From contig DVKN01000007.1 in NCBI GenBank assembly GCA_018716005.1, forward strand, positions 1-29,769: a stretch of 29,769 nucleotides of DNA. Direction: 5' to 3'. The position numbers and the translations under genes were made by a program. The notes beneath the pieces are model-generated. The model ran no database searches. It was not told the origin of the DNA and saw only the letters and a list, made by a program, of their open reading frames with translations. The DNA comes from Candidatus Scatomorpha stercoravium. Its GTDB lineage: Bacteria > Bacillota > Clostridia > Oscillospirales > Oscillospiraceae. Below are positions 23,543 to 29,769 of the stretch, piece after piece; position 1 is the stretch's first letter, and each line of letters opens with the position of its first letter.

Positions 23543-25528
23543 ATGGACATGAAAGACTCTAAGCTGTTTTCCCCGCTCAAGGTGGGCTCCCTGACGCTGC
23601 GCAACCGCGTCGGCATGGCCCCCATGAGCATGGACTACGAGGCGAAGGACGGCACCGTGCCCAAGCGCCTCGCGGACATCTTCGTCCGCCGCGCCGAGGG
23701 CGGCACCGGCTATGTCATGATAGACGCCGTCACGATTGACCGCAAGTACCAGTACATAGGCAAGACCACCTGCCTCGACTCCGACGACCTGGTCCCGCAG
23801 TTCCGCGAGTTCGCCCAGCGCGTCGCCGCCACCGGCAGCACCCTCGTGCCCCAGATTATCCACCCCGGCCCGGAGAGCATCTGCGGCTTCCGCGGCATCC
23901 CGCCCCTGGGCCCGAGCGTCAACACCAACGCCAACTGCCACGTCTCCCGCGCGATGACCATCGACGAGATACACGAGGTCGTCAAGCAGTTCGGCCAGGC
24001 CGCCAGGAGGGTGGAGGAGGCCGGCTGCGGCGCCATCGGCCTGCACTGCGCCCACGCCTACATGATGCCCGGCGCCTTCCTGAGCCCGCTGCGCAACAAG
24101 CGCATGGACGAGTACGGCGGCTGCATCGACAACCGCGCCCGCTTCATCCTCGAGGTCATAGCCGAGGTACGCGCGAACGTCAGCCCCGACTTCCCGATTT
24201 TCCTGCGCGTCTCCGGCAGCGAGCGCGTCGAGGGCGGCAACAGCCTCGAGGAGATGCTCTACCTCGCGCCCAAGTTTGAGGCGGCCGGCGTCAACCTCAT
24301 CGAGGTCTCCGGCGGCACCCAGTACGAGGGCCTCGAGAACATTATCCCCAGCCACGGCAAGCACATAGGCATGAACGTCTATGAGGCCAGCGAGATAAAG
24401 AAGGTCGTCAACATCCCCGTCTACGCCGTCGGTAAGATAAACGACATCCGCTACGCCGCCGACATAGTCGAGCGCGGCCTCGTGGACGGCGTGAGCATGG
24501 GCCGCCCCCTGCTCGCCGACCCCGACCTCTGCAACAAGGCCTACGAGAACCGCTTCGACGACATCACCCCCTGCGGAAGCTGCGGCGGCAGCTGCATCAC
24601 CCGCACCGCGGAGCGTCCCCAGTGCCGCTGCCATATCAACCCGCGCGTCGGCCATGAGTACGACTATCCCGACAACCCGACCGACAAGCCGAAGAAGACC
24701 CTCATCATCGGCGCGGGCCCCGGCGGCATGTACGCCGCCGTCACCGCCGCCGAGCGCGGCCACGACGTCACCGTCTGGGAGGCCGACGACAAGATAGGCG
24801 GCCAGCTCAACCTCGCCGTCACCAGCCCCGGCAAGCAGGAGATGACGAAGTGGCTCGTCCACCTCAACTACCGCGCGAAGAAGGCCGGCGTCAAGTTCGA
24901 GTTCGGCAGGGAGGCCACCGTCGAGGCCGTCCGCGAGTTCAATCCCGACGCGGTTATCGTCGCCACCGGCGCGAAGCCGCTCATCCCGCCCATCAAGGGC
25001 ACGCAGGAGTATCCCGTCCGCACCGCTCACGACTACCTCAGGGGCAAGTTCGTCATCCCGAAGGGCCGCGTGTGCATCCTCGGCGGCGGCGAAGTCGCCT
25101 GCGAGACGGCCGAGACGATACTCGCCAACGCCCGTCCGACCGCGTTCACCCGCGGCTTCGACGCGAGCATCGGCGACGTCGAGGTCACCATCATAGAGAT
25201 GCTCCCCCAGATCCTCACCGGCGTCTGCATGCCCAACAGGGCGCCCCTTATGCGCACGCTGAAGGCCAACGGGGTTGACATCAACGTAAATACCAAGGTA
25301 CTCGAGGTCACCGACCACGACGTAAAGGTCCAGAGGAAGGACGGCACCGAGGAGTGGCTCCGCGGCTTCGACTACATCATCTTCGGCCTCGGCGCCCGCA
25401 ATTACGATCCCCTCAGCGAAGAACTCAAGGCCTTTGTCCCCGAGGTGCACGTTATCGGCGACGCCGTCAAGGCCCGCCAGAGCAGCGACGCCATGTGGGA
25501 AGGCTTCGAGGTCGCATATAACCTGTAA
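23543..25528 (+). CDS. baiH: BaiH NADH:flavin oxidoreductase (OYE + 4Fe-4S)
   Basis: MDMK.S.LFSPL..GSLTL.NRVGMAPMSMDYEA.DGTVPKRLAD, GGTQYEGLE, EMTKWLVHLNYRAKKAGVKFEF match recalled BaiH. Confidence 0.96.
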   Translation: MDMKDSKLFSPLKVGSLTLRNRVGMAPMSMDYEAKDGTVPKRLADIFVRRAEGGTGYVMIDAVTIDRKYQYIGKTTCLDSDDLVPQFREFAQRVAATGSTLVPQIIHPGPESICGFRGIPPLGPSVNTNANCHVSRAMTIDEIHEVVKQFGQAARRVEEAGCGAIGLHCAHAYMMPGAFLSPLRNKRMDEYGGCIDNRARFILEVIAEVRANVSPDFPIFLRVSGSERVEGGNSLEEMLYLAPKFEAAGVNLIEVSGGTQYEGLENIIPSHGKHIGMNVYEASEIKKVVNIPVYAVGKINDIRYAADIVERGLVDGVSMGRPLLADPDLCNKAYENRFDDITPCGSCGGSCITRTAERPQCRCHINPRVGHEYDYPDNPTDKPKKTLIIGAGPGGMYAAVTAAERGHDVTVWEADDKIGGQLNLAVTSPGKQEMTKWLVHLNYRAKKAGVKFEFGREATVEAVREFNPDAVIVATGAKPLIPPIKGTQEYPVRTAHDYLRGKFVIPKGRVCILGGGEVACETAETILANARPTAFTRGFDASIGDVEVTIIEMLPQILTGVCMPNRAPLMRTLKANGVDINVNTKVLEVTDHDVKVQRKDGTEEWLRGFDYIIFGLGARNYDPLSEELKAFVPEVHVIGDAVKARQSSDAMWEGFEVAYNL

Positions 25529-25591
25529 CCCAGCGCAGCCGCTCCGGGGCGGCAAACGCCCCGGAGGACACCACCAAGGAGGAGAAAAAGC

Positions 25592-27013
25592 ATGGATGCT
25601 ACAGTAAACAAAAACTACATGAAGGGCTTTGTGCCCTTCGCCATGGCCGCGGCCCTGGTCAGCCTCGCCGGCGGCTTCACCGCGTCTATCCCCAACAACA
25701 TAGTCAGCGCCTGGGGCCTGGATTCCACCTGGGTCACCTGGATCACCCTCTCGATGAGCATGGGCATGGCCGCCTGCGCGCCTGTCCTCGGCAAGCTCGG
25801 CGACATCTTCGGCCGCCGCGGCGCCGCCCTCGTCGGCATAGCCCTCATGGCCATCGGCGAGCTCGCCATCGGCCTCGCGCCCGACGGGGCCATCTGGATG
25901 GTCCTCGCCGCCAGGTTCGTCGTCGGCGTCGGCGCGGCCGCCATTTCCCCGACCGTCATCGCCTACATCACCAGCGAGTTCCCGCCCGTGAAGATGGGCA
26001 ACGGCTTCGCCGTCTACATGGCGCTCTCCAGCGGCATGGTCATCTTTGGACCCACCGTCGGCGGCCTTATCTTCCAGGCCACCCAGAACTGGCGCCTCAT
26101 CCTCTACATCTGCGCCGGCCTCGCCGCTCTCTGCTTCGTCATCTGCCTCGTCACCATGAAGAAGGAGACCGGCCCCAGGAAGGGCCTCGCCGGCTTCGAC
26201 ATCTTCGGCGGCATCTTCATCATCCTCGGCTTCTCCCTGGTGCTCTGCGTGCCGACCGTCGGCCAGGGCGCGGGCGGCTGGCTCGGCACCGCCAGCCTCG
26301 CTGTTATTGGCTGCACCGTCGTTGCGCTCATAGTCCTCTTCCTCGCCGAGCGCAAGGCCAAGAACCCCATCCTCAACGGCAAGTTCATGGCCCGCAAGGA
26401 GTTCATCCTCCCCGTCGTCGTCCTCTTCCTCACCCAGGGCCTCATGCAGGCCTGCATGACGAACACCATCCGCTTCTCGATGATGTTCGACCCGACCAGC
26501 TCCGTCGCCAGCTTCGCGACCTCCATCATGTACGTCGGCATGACCATCGGCAACATCGCCGTGGCCCCGCTCTCCAACAAGCACGAGCCGCGCTACATCT
26601 CCGTCCTCGCGCTGCTCTTCTGCCTCGTCGGCGCCGCCATCCAGCTGCTCTTCACGGCTGAGTCCGGCTTCGTCCTGTTCGCCTCCAGCCTGTTCTTCAT
26701 CGGCCTGGGCCTCGGCGGCAACGGCACCATCTTCATGAAGGTCGCCCTCTCCGGCCTCGACCCGCAGATCGCGGGCGCCGGCAGCGGCACCTACACCGTG
26801 TTCCGCGATATGTCCGCCCCCTTCGGCGTCGCGGTGTTCAGCTCCATGTTCGTCGGCGGCTATGCCGCCGCCCAGCAGGCGGGCGACGCCGCCGCCCTCG
26901 GCGCGGCCGTCGTCAGCTCCATGCACAACGTCGCCTGGGTCCAGATGGCCTGCGTCGTCGTCGGCATGGTCGTCTGCCTGATGCTCCCCAAGATTTACAG
27001 CAAGAAGGCCTGA
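25592..27013 (+). CDS. baiG: Bile acid MFS transporter
   Basis: 14-TM-type MFS; NY.KGFVPFA, GKLGDIFGRR, KNPILNGKFMARKEF.LPV, GLGGNGTIFMKVALSGL, FRDMSAPFGVAVF match recalled BaiG. Confidence 0.93.
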   Translation: MDATVNKNYMKGFVPFAMAAALVSLAGGFTASIPNNIVSAWGLDSTWVTWITLSMSMGMAACAPVLGKLGDIFGRRGAALVGIALMAIGELAIGLAPDGAIWMVLAARFVVGVGAAAISPTVIAYITSEFPPVKMGNGFAVYMALSSGMVIFGPTVGGLIFQATQNWRLILYICAGLAALCFVICLVTMKKETGPRKGLAGFDIFGGIFIILGFSLVLCVPTVGQGAGGWLGTASLAVIGCTVVALIVLFLAERKAKNPILNGKFMARKEFILPVVVLFLTQGLMQACMTNTIRFSMMFDPTSSVASFATSIMYVGMTIGNIAVAPLSNKHEPRYISVLALLFCLVGAAIQLLFTAESGFVLFASSLFFIGLGLGGNGTIFMKVALSGLDPQIAGAGSGTYTVFRDMSAPFGVAVFSSMFVGGYAAAQQAGDAAALGAAVVSSMHNVAWVQMACVVVGMVVCLMLPKIYSKKA

Positions 27014-27025
27014 GACATTCAAACC

Positions 27026-27051
27026 GGCCCCCTGCCCTAAAGCAGGGGGCC
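27026..27051. promoter_or_regulatory. Intergenic hairpin after baiG
   Basis: GGCCCCCTGC/GCAGGGGGCC 10-bp stem, 6-nt loop, no U-tract. Confidence 0.6.
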
Positions 27052-27071
27052 TATTGAGAAAGGAGCAACCC

Positions 27072-27578
27072 TTGACTATTCCTGCCGATAAGGAAATCAC
27101 CGAACTCGTACGCGAGATACTCACCGAGGCCGGCAAGGGCTATACCCCCGAGCAGCTAGCCGAAATCCCCAACATCCTCGCCACCAAGTACAAGTACTGG
27201 TGGTGCATAGACATGCAGATGTGGGACCTGCTCCCCGAGGTCTATACCGAGCCCTTCGAGGCCTATTCCAACGGCCGCCTGGTGCCCAACAAGTGCATTC
27301 AGGACCAGGTCGACCGCGCCGCCGTCGTGTGCAACGACTCGATGGTGCCGACCCACATGGGCCACAACCCCATCGTGCAGTTCACCGGCGAGCGCTCCTG
27401 CCGCCTGCTCACCCGCCTGAACGACTACCACACCTATAAGGACGACGGCTCCACCTACGAGGGCTGGGCCCTTTACGTGGACGACATGGTGAAGTGCGAC
27501 GACGGCGTCTGGCGCATAAAGACCCTGCGCCTCACCTACCGCAAGATACTGGGCAAACTTCGCACCCTGGGAGTTTAA
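27072..27578 (+). CDS. baiI: SnoaL/NTF2-like protein, probable BaiI
   Basis: KYKYWWCID...PTHMGHNP...LYVDD...DGVWRI; BaiE-like fold; located beside baiG/baiH; TTG start 27072 after AAAGGAG; name from fold plus synteny. Confidence 0.65.
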   Translation: MTIPADKEITELVREILTEAGKGYTPEQLAEIPNILATKYKYWWCIDMQMWDLLPEVYTEPFEAYSNGRLVPNKCIQDQVDRAAVVCNDSMVPTHMGHNPIVQFTGERSCRLLTRLNDYHTYKDDGSTYEGWALYVDDMVKCDDGVWRIKTLRLTYRKILGKLRTLGV

Positions 27579-29560
27579 TGATGAACGACACCTGCTTCAA
27601 GCTGCTCGAGCCGGGCAAGATAGGCCGCCTCGAGCTCAAAAACCGCATAATCCTCGCCCCCATGGGCACCATCGTGGGCAACCTCGGCCCGCGCGGCGTC
27701 GAATACTTCGTCGAGCGCGCCAGGGGCGGCGCGGCCATGCTCATGTGCAACATAGTCGCGTCCGACTACTTCGAGGACCCCAGCCACTCCATTTTCCTCA
27801 ACGACCATAGCACGCCGTATTTTAAGGAGCTGTGCGAGCGCGCCCACGCCCTGGGCAGCAAGGTCTGCGCCCAGCTGCACCCCGGCAACGGCCGCATCGG
27901 CGGGCCCAGCCTGCGCTACCCCGTGCCGATAAGCGCGAGCGCCTGCCCCTGGATGCATGCCCCGCAGGTCATGTGCCACGAGCTGAGCGTCGACGAGATA
28001 CACAAGCTCGAGGACGACTACCGCGCCGCCGCGCAGCGCGCCGTCGGCGCCGGCTGCGACGCCATCGAGATTCACGCCTACGGCGGCTACCTCACCGACC
28101 AGTTCCTCACCGCGCGCTGGAATAAGCGCACGGACGAGTACGGCGGGGACCTGGACGGCCGCATGCGCTTCCTCAGGGAGCTCATCGCCATCTCCAAGGA
28201 GGTCGGCGGAGCGGACTTCCCGGTCATCGTCAAGTACTGCCCCGACCACTACCTGCCCGTCGAAGAGGGCTACCGCGGCATAGAGGAGGGCCTCGAGCTC
28301 ACGCGCAAGCTGCTCGAGTGCGGCGTGGACGCGCTCCACGTCGACGCCGGCTGCCATGACGACTGGTACCTCGCCATGCCGCCCGACTACATCCAGGAGA
28401 TGACCCTCCAGGCCCGCAGCGCCAAGGCCGTCAGGGAGATAAGCACCGTGCCCGTCCTGACCCACGGCCGCTACTCCAACGTCGAGAAGGCCGAGAGCGT
28501 CCTGCGCCACGACGTCTGCGACTTCACGGTCATAGGCCGCGGCCTCCTCGCCGACCCCGAGCTGCCCAACAAGCTCGCCGAGGGCCGCGCCGAGGACATC
28601 CGCCCCTGCATCTCCTGCAACGAGGGCTGCATAGCCCGCTCCTACGCGCTAAAGAACGCCACCTGCGCCGTGAACCCTGTCTGCGGCCATGAGATAGACG
28701 GCGGCATCCCCAAGGCGAAGACGCCCCTGCGCGTCCTCGTCGTCGGCGCCGGCCCCGGCGGCTGCACCGCCGCGCTCTACGCGAAGGCCGCCGGCCACGA
28801 GGTCGAGCTCTGGGAGAAGAGCGCCTCCATCGGCGGCAACGCCCTCGCGGCGAGCCAGCCCTACTTCAAGGCCGATATGCACGCCCTCATGACCTGGTAC
28901 AAGCTCCAGCTCGCCAAGGCCGGCGTGCCCGTCCGCTACTGCCGCGAGGCCAACCACGACAACGCGGCCGCCTGGAAGCCCGACAGGATAATCTGGGCCG
29001 CCGGCGGCGCGCCGATACTGCCCGCGAGCATCCCGGGCCTCGACGGCTACAGCGTCTACTCCGCCACCGACGCGCTCAGGAACCTCGTCGACGTCGGCGA
29101 GCGCATAGTCATGGTCGGCGGCGGCATGGTCGGCATCGAGGCCGCGCTGCACTTCGACCGCATGGGCAAGCAGGTCACCGTCATCGAGATGGCGAAGAAG
29201 ATGCTGCCACAGCCGATGTTCAAGATGAACGGCGACCTGCTCAAGAAGATGATGCGCGAGAGCGGCATCACCTTCCGCACCAGCACCAAGCTCGTGTCCG
29301 TCGACAGCACCCGCACCCACACCGCCGTGACGGTCGAGGGTTCCGAGGGTGAGGACACCATAGAGTGCGACACCGTCCTCATGGCCCTGGGCTTCGCCCC
29401 CACGGCCAAGGCCGGCGAGGCCCTCGCCGACATCTGCCCCGTCATAGCGATAGGCGACGCGGTGGAGGCCAGGAAGATTCTCTACGCCACGACCGACGCT
29501 TACAACGCCGTCCTCGGGCTTGAGAATCCGGAAACCATAGACTTCAGCGACAAAGGCTGA
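27578..29560 (+). CDS. Fourth OYE/BaiCD-BaiH-family NADH:flavin oxidoreductase (4Fe-4S)
   Basis: LKNRIILAPM, NKRTDEYGG, CISCNEGC...CAVNP, VVGAGPGG, VGGGMVG; TAATG coupling to upstream stop; start moved from 27494. Confidence 0.88.
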   Translation: MMNDTCFKLLEPGKIGRLELKNRIILAPMGTIVGNLGPRGVEYFVERARGGAAMLMCNIVASDYFEDPSHSIFLNDHSTPYFKELCERAHALGSKVCAQLHPGNGRIGGPSLRYPVPISASACPWMHAPQVMCHELSVDEIHKLEDDYRAAAQRAVGAGCDAIEIHAYGGYLTDQFLTARWNKRTDEYGGDLDGRMRFLRELIAISKEVGGADFPVIVKYCPDHYLPVEEGYRGIEEGLELTRKLLECGVDALHVDAGCHDDWYLAMPPDYIQEMTLQARSAKAVREISTVPVLTHGRYSNVEKAESVLRHDVCDFTVIGRGLLADPELPNKLAEGRAEDIRPCISCNEGCIARSYALKNATCAVNPVCGHEIDGGIPKAKTPLRVLVVGAGPGGCTAALYAKAAGHEVELWEKSASIGGNALAASQPYFKADMHALMTWYKLQLAKAGVPVRYCREANHDNAAAWKPDRIIWAAGGAPILPASIPGLDGYSVYSATDALRNLVDVGERIVMVGGGMVGIEAALHFDRMGKQVTVIEMAKKMLPQPMFKMNGDLLKKMMRESGITFRTSTKLVSVDSTRTHTAVTVEGSEGEDTIECDTVLMALGFAPTAKAGEALADICPVIAIGDAVEARKILYATTDAYNAVLGLENPETIDFSDKG

Positions 29561-29585
29561 CAACATTATAAGGAGGAAATTTATC

Positions 29586-29769
29586 ATGGACAGACTGAAA
29601 GGCAAAGTATGCGTAATCACCGGCGCTGACGGCGGCATCTGCCACAAGGCCAGCGAGCTCTTCTGCGCCGAGGGCGCGAAGGTTGTCATGGTCGACATCG
29701 ACCCCAACGTCGAGGCCAAGTGCGCCGAGCTCGTCGCCAACGGCGGCGACGCCATCGCCATCACCGCCG
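29586..29769 (+). CDS. SDR oxidoreductase, 5' part only; runs off window end; not in ORF track
   Basis: Hand translation MDRLKGKVCVITGADGGICHKASELFCAEGAKVVMVDIDPNVEAKCAELVANGGDAIAIT; AAGGAGG RBS. Confidence 0.85.
   Translation, partial: MDRLKGKVCVITGADGGICHKASELFCAEGAKVVMVDIDPNVEAKCAELVANGGDAIAITA

Noticed and set aside
23447-27136. 1229-aa minus-strand ORF
   Set aside because: Antisense shadow of baiH and baiG, which share a frame (starts 2049 bp apart). The sense genes avoid TTA/CTA/TCA, so the mirror frame has no stops. Sequence is G/V/A/D-rich with no motifs or RBS.
11497-29764. Other long minus-strand and alternate-frame ORFs across the bai region (e.g. 12842-14695, 14812-16542, 16816-18915, 19001-20215, 21592-23631, 28649-29764, 15393-16841)
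   Set aside because: They fully overlap well-supported genes, show low-complexity R/P/G or G/V/D composition and have no recognisable domains
11269-29769. baiN, baiK, baiO, 7beta-HSDH or bile salt hydrolase
   Set aside because: No ORF showed the features I associate with these (HI0933-type flavoprotein, second family III CoA-transferase, YGEW-type 7beta-HSDH N-terminus, Ntn-hydrolase Cys); they may lie outside the window

Overview
High-GC, Gram-positive-type (SLH proteins, sigma70/SD signals; Clostridia/Oscillospiraceae-like by inference) chromosomal window with three blocks. (1) 1-4130: 5' end of an AAA_14-type ATPase next to tRNA-Ser(CGA), a PhzF-family gene and a secreted SLH-anchored 5'-nucleotidase. 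(2) 4158-9009: a mutagenesis-type cassette (small conserved ORF, XRE repressor, ImmA/IrrE metallopeptidase, Y-family DNA polymerase, YolD-like protein). It has face-to-face promoters, repeated operator-like sites and an interposed AAA_14/DUF4143 ATPase carrying a 33-bp-period repeat in its promoter. (3) 9070-29769: an expanded bile-acid 7alpha-dehydroxylation (bai) locus. Divergent AraC regulators are followed by a >18.5-kb same-strand gene run: baiB, baiCD, a tandem baiCD paralog, baiE, baiA, a second BaiA-like SDR, baiF, a 7alpha-HSDH, an extra SnoaL/NTF2 dehydratase-like gene, a BaiJ/BaiP-like FMN-bind/FAD reductase, baiH, baiG, a baiI-like gene, a fourth OYE-family flavoenzyme and another SDR cut by the window end. 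Gene names rest on my recall of Clostridium scindens protein sequences, not on a database search. Several start codons were moved from the ORF track to RBS-supported positions.
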